From Selaginella moellendorffii (Eukaryota > Plantae > Lycopodiophyta), in contig NW_003314302.1 of assembly GCF_000143415.4 (NCBI RefSeq), forward strand, positions 142,065 through 206,064: a stretch of 64,000 nt of DNA, given 5' to 3'. Shown piece after piece: positions 11,652 through 25,455 of this stretch. The notes under the pieces were generated by a model that saw only the letters and a program-made list of their open reading frames with translations, searched no databases and had not been told where the DNA came from. Position 1 is the first letter of the stretch. Every line of letters starts with the position of its first letter. The position numbers and the translations under genes were made by a program.

Positions 11652-12720
11652 GTGGGTCAATCTGGAGCTTAAACTTGTGGCGGACGTGGGAATTATAGGT
11701 GTTCCAAACGCTGGAAAGAGCACGCTACTAAGTGCTATCCGTGCTGCTCGTCCCTCCATTGCTGCGTATCCATTTACGACACTACTACCCAACCTTAGTG
11801 TGGTGTCGCTGGACTTCGATGCAACGATGGTTATAGCGGACTTGCCCGGGCTTCTCGAAGGTGCTCACGCTGGATGCGGCCTCGGTCACGAATTTTTACG
11901 CCACACTCGAGTCCTGGTAAGCTTTTTGTTTTAAACTTTCCTGCGTGCTAAAAGTTTCTTTGGAAAACCAGATTCATGTTATAGACGGTACGACTGCCAG
12001 AATTCGAGTACGATGCAGTGACTGGAGCTGGAACTGTTTGATCCTCGCCTTTGCCCCAACAAGATGGATGTCCCAGAGGCTGCCGAACGCTGGGAAAGTT
12101 TCCGGAAAGCTATGGAGTCTCGTGGAGTGGAGGTTCGTTCCGTGAGCGCCGCAAGTTGTACGTCATGCGTATAAGCTTCTACAGACAGTCCCAGTTGGTA
12201 AGTATGAAACACTACTTTTAACTCGACTGTGGAACTCTTTCTCTACTATTCTTGCAGAAGAACCCGTGTCGATCTCGAACGACGTAGCTTCGATGGTGAA
12301 AAAGGAGCGAAGTAGTCCCATTGGAGAATTTAAGGTGGACGTCGACCCAGAATCAGACTTGTGGCACATTTACGGTTCTGGTGTGGAGCGCTTCACGCAA
12401 ATGACTAACTGGGAGTAAGCTTACATCTTTTATCTTCCCATTCTTTCGAGTATTACAGCTCTTACACGACTCGCAAGTATTTCGAGTCCTTGCAACGATT
12501 CGAGCGGGTCTTAGAATGCAGCGGGATAAACGCCGAGCTGAAAAGTAGAGGAATTCACGAAGGAGACAAAGTTGCGATCAGAGACGTACGTTAAATTCAC
12601 ACTCTTCGTTCTGTGCTATGTTTGTTTTTCTTTTTTCTTCGAACTTACAGATAGTTTTCACTTGGCACGATTCCAATGATGTTGCAAATGTGGGGACTTG
12701 GAGACGCGGCCAGAGAGGCC
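11652..12720 (+). pseudogene. Plastid Obg/CgtA GTPase (ObgC-like) pseudogene, copy 1, N-terminus missing
   Basis: [22 protein letters not shown] (G1), [10 protein letters not shown] (G2), [11 protein letters not shown] (G3), NKMD (G4), C-terminal GSGVERFTQMTNWE; frameshifts present. Confidence 0.85.
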
Positions 12721-12779
12721 ACACACTGATGCCTCGTTTGTAGAAAAGGTGATATTTTTATCTACAATTTTTCGCTTGC

Positions 12780-14962
12780 GTTCCAGAGAGACATAAAAGG
12801 CCTGGTGGTTTACGTTTTTGCAGCCAAAGGTGTTAACATTTGGAAGATACAAAGGCCAGCCTCTCGGTTTTCTTCCAGCGAACTATCTGCAATGGATGAC
12901 ACAGGAGCTAGACAACCACTGGAATGGCTTGGCCAGGCAAGTTCTATCAGAAAGAAAAGAAGGAGAAAGCTCGAGCACTCAAGAAGAACGTTTCTGCTCC
13001 GCAGAGTTCTCGCAAAGTTGGATCCATGGTTCTCACTTCGGGAAGTACAAAGGCCAAGCGCTGGGTTCTCTCCCGGACGTGTACCTGGAATGGATGGCGA
13101 ACAACAGCACACACACTGGGGGAGACACGGGAGAGAGTTTCTGGATAGCAAGCACGGTGGTGATCGAGAAGTTCGCATCGCCCAAGAACAGGATGGATCG
13201 ATCGCGTTGAAGAAGCAGATCCTGGCTTGTCAAGAGAGGAGAGGCCTCGAGGAAGCTAAGCGGATCCACGCGCGGGTGAAAGCCAGCGCCTATCGCGACG
13301 ATCGATACATCGCCAATCTTCTCATGGACATGTTTGGAGCTTGCGGGAGCGCGGACACGGCGCTGGAGATCTTTGAGAAGATCCAGGCGCCCAACATCTT
13401 CTCCTGGAACATCATCCTCAAGGTTGTCACGCAGAAGAATGGATGCGATCCAGAGGCGTGGAAGATTTTCGAGAAGATCCCGGAGAAGGAGAAGAATGCC
13501 GTGTCGTGGAACATCATCCTCGCCGCGCTCGCGGCCGAGAAGGGGAATTTGCGCAAAGTGGAGGAGTTTTTCTACGAGAGGATGCCCGTCAAGGATGTGT
13601 TCTCCTGGACTACACTACTCAATGCCTACATAACAAATGGGCGGTTTGACAAGGCCAGGGAGATCTTTGTGAGCCTCGATGACGAGAATGTAAACGCCGC
13701 TACGTGGAACACGATGATAGAAGGATATGCCCAGGCAGAGGATATGCTGCAAGCCAGAAAAATGTTCGATAGCATGCCCGAAAACAGCGTTGTGTCGTGG
13801 AATTTGATGATTACATAATGTGAAAGAAGCAAGAAACTTTTTTGAAAAAGTGAAGGAGAAAAACCAGGTGACTTCGAATGCGATGCTTGCTGTATATGCC
13901 CACAACGGGCATCTGCAGGAAGCAAAAACCTTGTTTGCTGAGATGCCAAAGAAAGATGGCGCTTCGTGGACGTGTTTGCTGCAAGCACACTGCCATGCAG
14001 GGACAACCCATGATTCGGAGGAGATCCTGCAGAAGATGCCGTTTGAAAAGACTATTGTGCACTGGACGATGCTGCTGGATGCCCATGCAAAGGCCGGGAA
14101 TCTCGATCGAGCGAGGGAAGTTTACGACCAAACGCCGGATCCGGGTGCGATCACGAGGAATGCCATGTTCCACACAGAGGATACATGCACGAGGCAAATG
14201 CGCTGTTCGAGCAAGTTGGAGACAAGGTTGACGCCGCGACAAAGAACATCATGATCCTGGCGCATGGATCGTCTGGGAACTTGGATCACTACGACTGCAT
14301 GGTTGGAGCTTTCGGAGCCGCAAAGAAGATGGAAGACGCAAGAGAGCTCATTGTAGCATGCCTTTCGAAGCTGATGCTCGAGTGTGGATGACTCTACTTG
14401 CTTGCTGCCGGAGGCACTTGGACACGGAGAATGGCAAGCTTTGCGCAGAGAGATTGTTTGTTTTGGATCCAGAGAACGTTTCACCGTACAAGATCCTCGT
14501 GGAGATCTACAGCCAAACCGGGAGAGAGAACGACATTGCTGGATTGAAGAAGATGGTGAGAGACAAAGGTCTCCACAAGCTCGAGGCCGAGAGCCTGATC
14601 CAGATCGATGGCATCACGCACAAGTTTCGAGTGGGAACACTGCGCATCCGAGCATCAAGAAAGTTCGCAAGGAAGTTGCCAGGTTGACGAAGCTGATGGA
14701 GAGAGATCATGGGTATAAACACGAGAACTTGGGATGGAGCAAGTGTGGAGGCGGTGTTCACAGTGAGAAGCTTGCAATCGCGTACGCACTGTGTGAGAAG
14801 AGCCGTGAGATCTCGCTCGTGAATAACTTGAGGATGTGCGGTGACTACCATACTTCTGCAAAGATGATCTCCAGCGTGGTGAAGAGGAAGATCACGGTAC
14901 GTGACATGCAAAGGCTGCATGGTTTTGAGAATGATGTTTGCTCTTGCGCGGATACCTGGTAA
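12780..14962 (+). pseudogene. PLS-class PPR with E/DYW domain, preceded by two FG[KR]YKG..L..LP..YL.W motifs; frameshifted, copy 1
   Basis: PLS repeats NIFSWNII, DVFSWTTLL, VVSWNLMI; E domain WMTLLACC; DYW HSEKLAIAY..NLRMCGDYH..VRD..H.F....CSCADTW. Several stops and frameshifts. Confidence 0.85.
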
Positions 14963-14965
14963 GTT

Positions 14966-15420
14966 TTAGTCTATTGTGGTTCCAGAGGTGGGAAGATCGT
15001 GATGGATCCATTCGTTAAATCCACCCTGGAGGTGGAAAACGTTTGTGAATCCTGCTTTTTGGAGTTCATATGCCGCTTTCAATGATCTGTAAGGAGAGTT
15101 TCTTTCTGAGAGGTTTTGACGCAAGATCGGACGAGAGTACCTCGACTGACATCCAAAGAAGCGCTCGGGATCCTTGAACTTCTTTGCTTTAGGCCCTACG
15201 TGAGGAGAGTTCCTCCAATGCTGCACAGGACGATTACTTTCGTGTTCTTGTCGCTGTTGACAGCGTCGAGAGCTTTCTCGGCGAATTCTGGGTTGCGCTC
15301 TGCCATGCAAACTCTTTCAGTATTCTCTAGTTAGAAGCGAGGGGGAAATTTAACCTGTGCCGGAGAAGTTCGTAAGCAAGGCAAATCCCAGTTGCCTGCT
15401 CAACCAGACCAAAGCATAAG
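14966..15420 (-). pseudogene. Rhodanese-like (STR14-type) pseudogene, copy 1
   Basis: RQLGFALLTNFSGT, ERNPEF, IVLCSIGGTL, QSRSLKAAYELQKAGFTNVFHLQGGFNEW; stop/frameshift near 15197. Confidence 0.75.
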
Positions 15421-15764
15421 CAAAAAATCTTTGAGAAAAAAAGAGAAGCAGGAAACCTGGCATTTGCTTTGAGATCGTTTCCTTGAATTTGTTGGAACAA
15501 GGGAGCAGACTTTGTGGGGAGAAGCTCTTGTTTATCACTTGCATGTCTAGTTTGGCAGAAGAGGTTGAGTATGCAATATCACACTTAAAAAGATTAAAGA
15601 AAGTCTAAAAATGAAACAAACAACATTTTGATTCCTTGCTCTCTTGAGGAGTCTTGAGCACAGCCGTTGCAGAAGGGTCATATCTTCCTAGATTTAGACT
15701 GGCAATCTTTAATCTTTCTTGCAGGTTAGGGTTCTTCAGTACGCTTCAATGATTAATTAGCTGA

Positions 15765-17693
15765 TCACTCCATTTTCACTGTCAACTTTTTAAGTTTGCG
15801 CCATGTAATGACCAGTGTGATTATCATGGCCAGCACAGTAAGAACAGAAATGACATACAAACTAGCCCATATGGGTTTTACCTCGTAGGTAGCCGTGGTA
15901 GTGAGCAACACCACACTACCATCACTGAGGACCTGAGGTACAGTTTGCGCCTGCAACATGTCCCGGTCCTTCTCTACGCTTTCCACGCTGCTATATGCTG
16001 TATATGCTAGTAAAACTGCACAGAATGTGAACTTAGTGAATCAACTTGGCAAGAATAGGTTACCTGCAAAACTGAGCACCAGGAGTGTTCTATAAAGAAA
16101 CTTAACCCAAAAGATGGGGTCCTGGCTTGAAAAAACTGATTTACTGCTCGACTGAGCAGCCTGGTCGTCAGTGTTGGAGTCCCCTACTGCGCCACCCCTG
16201 TTCCAGAAATTCTGAAACGACTCTTCGATATCTTGCAACTTGTGACTCGTTGCCAAGAAACATGTTCCCAGGAAGGACACAATCGCTGACAAAATCCCGG
16301 TATAGACTTGGTTTCTGTTGTTTGATCCGTCTTTCCACAGCTTGTTCTGCTTGAACTTGACGTCTCTGAGCTGTAACATGGACTCAATCATGAGCTTGAT
16401 CTCTGTGCTGATTGCAGTGTCCAGCTTGCTCACACATAGCTTGTCCTTGAACTCGAGCTGTCCCATAGGCAGATCTTCTGAACAGGGGGTACTGATCTTG
16501 TTCTCCCGGGGAGTGGGAGCCCAGAGAAATTGTCGCATCTTGTTCAGGTAGTACTCACCATCTTCAATGCTCAGTACCAGCTGATTGGTACTGCACCTGT
16601 TCTGAACCTCCACACTGGATGGCACCGGTGACTGCTGCATCAATGCTTCGACACAGGATGTTGTGTTCACCATGGCTTGCAAGTTATCCGCTGTGACGGT
16701 GGTGAGGGCATACCCAAAAGAGACATTCCCCTTAAAGGTTGCAATAAATGGTGCAGGCTTGTCAGAGGAGGTGTTGTGTGTGTTAAGAACAAGCCAATTG
16801 GTTCCACCGGCGTTCCAAGCCCAGTAAGACTTTAGCAAATTGCAAGGGGAACGATAGTCGAATGGTCCCCACCTACTGGTGTCCATGTTCTTGGTGACCA
16901 CAACACATACCTTGGTGGAGGAATTGGAACAGCCGCATTGGAGGGTAGGAAACCCGAGGTAAACTGCGGCGTCGTTGCTGTAGTAAGATGGTGCAAACCC
17001 ACACTTTGGTACATCGTTAGTGTTCGTAACATAATAGTGGCTCGAGGAGTTGAGCTTCTGGTACTTGGTGAAGTCCGTCCTTGCATTGCTGGCGTAGTTG
17101 GAAAGGTAGAATCCTGCTGTGCTATGCTGCATGTTCTTCAGATCTGGTTCAATGCTAGGTGCAGTAGCAGCCCTGTAAGGTACACCAACAAGGAGCAGGC
17201 TGAGATCCACCTCGTTTTCCATCGAAAGGATGGCAGTAGTCCAGAGGCATGACCGATTGCTCTGGCTACCACCGATGGATAGGCACATGCGAATGCTGAT
17301 ACCCCAGTCCACTTGCATCCTCCACTGCCAGTTGCGCCGGTGCTGCTTCATGTGACCGCCTGCTATGTGGGGCTCGGCCGAGGCATACAGCTTGTTGGCT
17401 CCCCCATCACTCGTCGAGTTGCTGATCACTCTCCATGCACTAGCTTGCTGGTAGGCAGAATTGGCGAGCTCGACGTCGACGCCAGTTGTCGTGGAGAGGA
17501 CGCTGGCGAGGGAAGAACGCAGAGACCATCTATAGAGCGGATCGAATTCGTTGACAAAGCTGTTCACTTCGGGGCATGCAAAACCCTCCCTGGACGGGAG
17601 GTCGAGATAGAAATGATCGTCGTCGGACCCATGACAGGAATGCGCGAGAAGTAGGAGTAGTGCTGTTGCAGGCAGAAGAAGTGAGAGGAGCAT
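15765..17693 (-). CDS. Unknown protein of about 625 aa: signal peptide, large Cys-containing ectodomain, about 3 C-terminal TM helices
   Basis: Long ORF 16041-17702 starting MLLSLLLPATALLLLLAHSCHG, joined by a GT-AG intron (about 16016-16063) to ORF 15765-15986; hydrophobic segments near the C-terminus. Confidence 0.7.
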
Positions 17694-18526
17694 ACTTGAC
17701 AAGAAGGAGGATTCTCAAAGCTAATTGCAGAAGCTCATACAAATTCAAGAAAACATATGAACTCAAGAGGGTCACAGTGAGATTGAACAATGCATTTACT
17801 TTGTCACGTAAACTATATAAAGGCATCTTTTCGCTTTCATAGTAGATTAGTCAAGCTTCCTGTTCCTTTCGACAAATCCTCATTAACAAATGAGCTTAAG
17901 AGCACAGGTCTTCCATCAGGTTCAGGGTACTTACCAGTCCAAGAAGTCAGTCTACACAAGTTGTGTTGACAAAATATCATTATTATGATTATTGTATATT
18001 ACCTGTCCTATCTAGATCAGTACCTTATAAATGAAACCTCTTCTTTCATAAGAGTTGCCAATTACTGAGAAAGAACAGATCAAGAGTTCATCCTTAGCTC
18101 TTGCAACTCCATTTGACTGTGATGAGCAATGGAAAGTATCCTATCACAAGCCTGAAACCACTGTTTAAACCTTTTGCATGATCTTAATAATATCTCGTGA
18201 AAAGATCTGTAGCTCAGGAGTCAATCATATTTATCAACTTTGACGACCTTTGGATAAATGCAATGTTCTCTATTAACATCACGAGCATTGACAATTTCCT
18301 CTGAATTCATCGTACAATAAAAAAAAGGTGACCCGGTATGAGCTTTGCATCAGCATTACACACATTCACTCCGCGTCTCTAATATAAATGACAACACACT
18401 ACTTTAAAGGTTTCATGGCGCACTCCATCATTCTATACTTTCTTCTTGAGTTTAACTGCCAGGTTTTAAGCCTGCCTTCTGTGTTCGTAGTGTTAGCCCA
18501 TGGCTTTGATTCTCCAGGAACGAGAT

Positions 18527-20913
18527 CATGGAGACACTCGCATTGTTTATTTGGGGAATGTCGATAAATCCCTTCATCCAGTAGCTCCCATCACGCACTC
18601 CTTCGGGATGTTCTAGGAAGGTAAAACTTTGATCATTAAAAGAAAACTTCATCCAAATTCGTTTATACCAGTGACGAGGCTGCTAGAGAATCACTGAGGC
18701 ATGGATTCAGTGGCTTCTCAGCTCGACTAACAGAAGAACAAGCTGCTAAAATTTCCAGTAAACATAAATTTATTCCAAAGTCTATCCTTCTTTCTTTTTT
18801 CTTTTCTTCCCACAATTGCAGGCGTTCCAAATGTGTTGTCTATCTTTCCCAATAAAATCCGCAGGATCCACACCACAAACTCATGAGAGTTTCTCGGCCT
18901 CTATTGAAGTGGAGAGAACTCCTTGTTTGGTGCTAGCGAATCTACTGAATCATCTTGGCTATGGCACAACACAAAATATGGCAAAGACGTTATTGTCGGT
19001 GTCTTTGATTCATGTAATTCCCTCTTCCTTCTTTTCTTTTTTGTAATAATATTCGTTTTTCTAGGAGTGTGGCCGGAGTCCGAGAGTTTTTTGGATCACG
19101 GCAAGGAATCAATCCCCAAAAGATGGAAAGGAACATGCGAAACTGGAGAGAAATTTAACGCTTCTCACTGCAACAAGTAAAATATAAGAAACCACATAAA
19201 TTCTAGCTACATGCTAACTCGTTAATTTGTGATCTTCCAGGAAACTTATCGGTGCCAGATTCCTTTCTCACTGCCTACAGGATGCAAAAGCACACCGAGA
19301 AATTCTTTCTCCATGTTAATGGCCATGGAACTCACACGGCTTCCACTGCCGGAGGCCGATTCGTGAGAAACGCAAACTGGCTTGGGTACGCAAAAGGCAC
19401 TGCAAAAGGTGGCGCTCCAGACGCAATCTACAAGATATGCTGGAGAAACATCACGGATGACACTGTCGGGTGCCCAGACGCTCACGTTCTCAGTGCATCC
19501 AGCGGGTGATTACTTCCTAGATTCTACGTCCATTGGAGCGTTCCATGCCATGCAGAAAGGCATTGTGGTGGTGGCTTCCGCTGGAAACAGTCACCAAATT
19601 CTGGGACCTGGCTCGGTGGAAAATGTAGCACCCTAGATCATTACTGTTGGAGCAACCACTCTTGATCGAGCCTACTTTGGAGACCTTTTCCTTGGCAACA
19701 ATGAATCATTTCGGAATTCTAATTTGAAATGGTTTCCAGGGTTTTAGAGCTTTTCAGCCAGGTAAAGCAATCATCCTGCGAGTTAAGATGATATTGGGTC
19801 TTTGGATCCCAACGGCATGTTTGAGAGGGCGGATGCATCCAGCGTTCCAATCTTTCGTAGTTTTTAGTGCTGGTGGAGCTGGGATTATCTTTTGCAACTC
19901 AACTGAAGTTGATCAAGATACTGGAAATGAGTTTCTTCCTTCAGTTCTTGTTGATGAAAAAGCTGGAGAAGCCAACTTTTCGTATATAGGTAAAAATGTT
20001 TGTGTTTTGTATTTTATTTAACCTTTTGTGCCTGCCAGGATTCCTGTAGCACAGATAAAAACATCAGATTTCCTTGACAAATCAAAAGCCTGCTCCTCTC
20101 ATGGCAGCATTTTCATCCTCTGGTCCCAACCTGGTTGATCCAGACATACTCACGGTATATTTTTAGTGTTATTTTGTTAGTTATTTTGAGACTTTTGTTC
20201 TTTCAGCCTGATATTACAGCTCCAGGAGTACACATTTTAGCAGCATACAGACAATTCAATAACTCTAAAGTACCATACAAACTTGTTTCTGGAACCTCTA
20301 TGTCTTGCCCTCATGTAAGTGGGATTGTCGCGCTACTAAAGTCCTATTATCCAACCTGGAGTCCAGCTGCAATCAAATCAGCCACAGCAACAACAGGTAA
20401 TGTACAACTTGAAAAAAAGTGATATACATATTATTCTTAACACCTTACAAAACAGGTTAGTGGTTTGATAATCTTGATGAATCAATCAAGCATCACCCTT
20501 TGATTCTGGTGGAGGGCATGTAAATCCAAATGCCGCTGCACACCCTAGCCTAGTATATGATGCCGACGAGCAAGACTCCATTGGATATCTCTGTGGTCTG
20601 GGGTACAACCAGACGAAACTTCAGATCCTCACGCAAACTGCCGCTAAGTGTCCCGACAATCCCACAGACCTCAACTGTCCATCCATTGCCATCTCCAATT
20701 TAAGCCGCAGCAAAGTCGACGAACTACACGGCAGCTATCGAAGCACCAGAGAGTGTGTCGGTGTCGGTTCATCCATCTGTGCTGCGGTTCAAGCACAACG
20801 GCGAGACGAAAGCATTCCAGGTGATATTTAGAGTGGAGGACGACTCAAACATTGATAATGATGTTTTCGGGAAGTATATGGTCACCAGTCCCATTGCAGT
20901 CAGTTTTGGATGA
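18527..20913 (+). pseudogene. Subtilisin-like serine protease (S8/SBT) pseudogene
   Basis: I9 propeptide [73 protein letters not shown]; in-frame stops and deletions. Confidence 0.9.
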
Positions 20914-21186
20914 AGTAAAATTTCATGTGCATGCTCAGAGTAAAAAGGCTGATACATTTGTGTTTTGAATAAAGACAAACATTTAAATGGTTTTCAATTC
21001 GAAAAAGGTCACAATTATTCAAGTAGAGAAAACACAGATACACATTTAATATCTACAATGTTTGTTTGTATGGAACATGTACAAAGAACACTTGTGCAGA
21101 AATTTAAACACAATTGAAAGTTTTTTTAAAGAAAATTCTTTTGATATTAGTACGTTTATTTGGATGGTGAAGAACCCTAAAATTCA

Positions 21187-23060
21187 ATGGAAGCTCCTGC
21201 CCCTTGCAATCCCTTGCAAGCTGCGGCCTCCAGGTATGCTGCAGGGCAGAGATTACAGGAGAATGCGGGCCAGAAAGATGGTCTAGCGCCATTGTTTTGG
21301 CATCCGAGAACAAATCCAGGAAGAAGAATGTGGAGGACGATTTCGCTGCATACACGACGGCTGCGTTGGCTCTGCTAGAGGAGTATGCTGCCGGATGCAG
21401 CGTGGCTGTGCTAGAGAAGAAGAAAGATTTGTCATCCAATCTGGGAGCAAAGGAAACTTTGCAGCGTGAGAAATTTTCTTCCAGAGTTTCTCAAAGGGAA
21501 AGTTCGACCATTGGACGAGGACGAAGAGAAAGAAGAGAAGGAAGACGAGAGAGTGGAAGTTTGGGAGGCGACTTGAGCCCAATGACCGCCGAGGAGGAGC
21601 GTCAGCTACTGGCTGAAGCTGAGGAGGAGCTCTCGGAGCTCAGGAAGATGCATGGAGAGCGTTCCATTTTTGAGAATCGCTCGAAGCTTGGGATCGAAGG
21701 ATGACGACCGCGTGGAGATAAGATGGAAGTCTGGAACGAAGAGGAGGACTCTTCCACAGATGTTTCTACGAGTGACAAGGAAGATCGAGCAGGAACAAGA
21801 AAGGCGTGCCTGCTGTGATGAGGTGCTTCGACCGAGCAAAGATTTACGTCAAAGCTGGGGATGGTGGCAATGGTGAAGGAGCCGAAATGTTGGTTCTCAA
21901 TCCCCTCTCTTCAAGCGTGATGGTTTGTTCTTCAGTTTTTGTTTTTTGTTCTTCCTGTCTTGATTTGTTTGAGCTGTGATCTTTCCAGGTGGGTCGATCT
22001 GGAGCTTAAACTTGTGGCAGACGTGGGAATTATAGGTGTTCCAAACGCTGGAAAGAGCACGCTACTAAGTGCTATCAGTGCTGCTCGTCCCGCCATTGCT
22101 GCGTATCCATTTACGACACTACTACCCAACCTTGGAGTGGTGTCGCTGGACTTCGATGCAACGATGGTTATAGCCGACTTGCCCGGGCTTCTCGAAGGTG
22201 CTCACGCTGGATACGGCCTCGGTCACGAATTTTTACGCCACTGAGCGCTGTCGAGTCCTGGTAAGCTTTTTGTTTTAAACTTACCTGCGTGCTAAAAGTT
22301 TCTTTGGAGAACCAGATTCATGTTATAGACGGTACGACTGCCAGAATTCGACTACGATGCAGTGACTGGAGCTGGAACTGTTTGATCCTCGCCTTTGCTC
22401 CAACAAGATGGATGTCCCAGAGGCTGCCGAACGCTGGGAAAGTTTCCGGAAAGCTATGGAGTCTCGTGGAGTGGAGGTTCGTTCCATGAGCGCCGCAAGT
22501 TGTACGTCATGCGTATAAGCTTCTACAGACAGTCCCAGTTGGTAAGTATGAAACACTACTTTTAACTCGACTGTGGAACTCTTTCTCTACTATTCTTGCA
22601 GAAGAACCCGTGTCGATCTCGAACGACGTAGCTTCGATGGTGAAAAAGGAGCGAAGTAGTCCCATTGGAGAATTTAAGGTGGACGTCGACCCAGAATCAG
22701 ACTTGTGGCACATTTACGGTTCTGGTGTGGAGCGCTTCACGCAAATGACTAACTGGGAGTAAGCTTACATCTTTTATCTTCCCATTCAGTTCTTACACGA
22801 CTCGCAAGTATTTCGAGTCCCTGCAACGATTCGAGCGGGTCTTAGAGTGCAGCGGGATAAACGCCGAGCTGAAAAGTAGAGGAATTCACGAAGGAGACAA
22901 AGTTGCGATCGGAGACGTGCGTTAAATTCACACTCTTCGTTCTGTGCTATGAGCCCACTGTTTGTTATTCTTTTTTCTTCGAACTTACAGATAGTTTTCA
23001 CTTGGCACGATTCCAATGATATTGCAAATGTGGGGACTTGGAGACGCGGCCAGAGAGGCT
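21187..23060 (+). pseudogene. Plastid ObgC-like GTPase pseudogene, copy 2 (with transit peptide remnant)
   Basis: [18 protein letters not shown] near 21820, then G1-G4 motifs as in copy 1; most of the Obg fold is deleted and frames are broken. Confidence 0.85.
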
Positions 23061-23099
23061 AAAAAAGTTGGCCACACTGATGCCTCGTTTGTAGAAAAG

Positions 23100-24771
23100 G
23101 TGATCTTTTTTCTACAATTTTTCGCTTGCGTTCCAGAGAGACAAAAGGCCTGGTGGTTTACGTTTTTGCAGCGATAATGGCTACCAAAAGTGTTAACATT
23201 TGGAAGATACAAAGGCCAGCCTCTCGGTTCTCTTCCAGCGAACTATCTGCAATGGATGGCACAGGAGCTAGACAACCACTGGAATGGCTTGGCCAGGCAA
23301 GTTCTATCAGAAAGAAAAGAAGGAGAAAGCTCGAGCACTCAAGAAGGTGGCAGCAACGTTTTTGCTCCGCAGAGTTCTCGCAAAGTTGGATCCATGGTTC
23401 TCACTTCGGGAAGTACAAAGGCCAAGCGCTGGGTTCTCTCCCGGACGTGTACCTGGAATGGATGGCGAACAACAGCACACACACTGGGGGAGACACGGGA
23501 GAGAGTTTCTGGATAGCAAGCACGGTGGTGATCGAGAAGTTCGCATCGCCCAAGAACAGGATGGATCGATCGCGTTGAAGAAGCAGAGCCTGGCTTGTCA
23601 AGAGAGGAGAGGCCTCGAGGAAGCCAAGCGGATCCATGCGCGGGTGAAAGCCAGCGCCTATCGCAACGATCGATACATTGCCAATCTTCTCATGGACATG
23701 TTTGGAGCTTGCGGGAGCGCGGACACGGCGCTGGAGATCTTTGAGAAGATCCAGGCGCCCAACATCTTCTCCTGGAACATCATCCTCAAGGTTGTCACGC
23801 AGAAGAATGGATGCGATCCAGAGGTGTGGAAGATTTTCGAGAAGATCCCGGAGAAGGAGAAGAATGCCGTGTCGTGGAACATCGTGCCGCGCTCGCGGCC
23901 GAGAAGGGGAATCTGCGCAAAGTGGAGGAGTTTTTCTACGAGAGGATGCCCGTCAAGGATGTGTTCTCCTGGACTACGCTGCTCAATGCCTACATAACAA
24001 ATGAGCGGTTTGACAAGGCCAGGGAGATCTTTGCGAGCCTCGATGACGAGAATGTAAACGCCGCTACGTGGAACACGATGATAGAAGGATATGCCCAGGC
24101 AGGGGATATGCTGCGAGCCAGAAAAATGTTCGATAGCATGCCCGAAAACAGCGTTGTGTCGTGGAATTTGATGATTACATAATGTGGAAGATGGATGACT
24201 CTACTTGCTTGCTGCCGGAGGCACTTGGACGGGGAGAATGGCAAGCTTTGCGCAGAGAGATTGTTTGTTTTGGATCCAGAGAACGTTTCACCGTACAAGA
24301 TCCTCGTGGAGATCTACAGCCAAACCGGGAGAGCGAACGACATTGCCGGATTGAAGAAGATGGTGAGAGACAAAGGTCTCCACAAGCTCGAGGCCGAGAG
24401 CCTGATCCAGATCGATGGCATCACGCACAAGTTTCGAGTGGGAGACACTGCGCATCCGAGCATCAAGAAAGTTCGGAAGGAAGTTGCCAGGTTGACGAAG
24501 CTGCTGGAGAGAGAGATCATGGGTATAAACACGAGAACTTGGGATGGAGCAAGTGTGGCAGCGGTGTTCACAGTGAGAAGCTTGCAATCGCGTACACGCT
24601 GTGTGAGAAGACCATGAGATCTCGCTCGTGAATAACTTGAGGATGTGCGGTGACTGCCATCCTTCTGCGAAGATGATCTCCAGCGTGGTGAAGAGGAAGA
24701 TCACAGTACGTGACATGCAGAGGCTGCATGGTTTTGAGAATGATGTTTGCTCTTGCGCGGATACCTGGTAA
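23100..24771 (+). pseudogene. FGKYKG-motif x2 + PLS PPR-DYW pseudogene, copy 2
   Basis: Near-identical to 12780-14962 but lacks about 560 bp (13820-14380); DYW keeps HSEK..CGDCH. Confidence 0.85.
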
Positions 24772-24774
24772 GTT

Positions 24775-25230
24775 TTAGTCTATTGTGGTTCCAGAGGTGG
24801 GAAGATCGTGATGGATCTATTCGTTAAATCGACCCTGGAGGTGGAAAACGTTTGTGAATCCTGCTTTTTGGAGTTCATATGCCGCTTTCAATGATCTGTA
24901 AGGAGAGTTTCTTTCTGAGAGGTTTTGACGCGAGATCGGACGAGAGTACCTCGACTGGCATCCAAAGAAGCGCTCGGGATCCTTGAACTTCTTTGCTTTA
25001 GGCCCTACGTGAGGAGAGTTCCTCCAATGCTAAACAGGACGATTACTTTCTTGTTCTTGTCGCTGTTGACAGCGTCGAGAGCTTTCTCGACGAATTCTGG
25101 GTTGCGCTCTGCCATGCAAACTCTTTCAGTATTCTCTAGTTAGAAGCGAAATTTAACCTGTGCCAGAGAAGTTCGTAAGCAAGGCAAATCCCAGTCGCCT
25201 GCTCAACCAGACCAAAGCATAAGCAAAAAA
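24775..25230 (-). pseudogene. Rhodanese-like pseudogene, copy 2
   Basis: Duplicate of 14966-15420. Confidence 0.75.
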
Positions 25231-25455
25231 TCTTTGAGAAAAAAAGAGAAGTTCCTTGAATTTGTCGGAACAAGGGAGCAGACTTTGTGGAGAGAAGCTC
25301 TTGTTTATCACTTGCATGTCTAGTTTGGCAGAAGAGGTTGAGTATGCAATAGTAGTGGTGTGAGGCTTTGAGCTTTGCAAAGAGCAAGGAATTCCAGGAA
25401 TAGATATGAGGATTACACAATATTCCCTTTATTTAACGGCAAGACTTTCTAGAGA

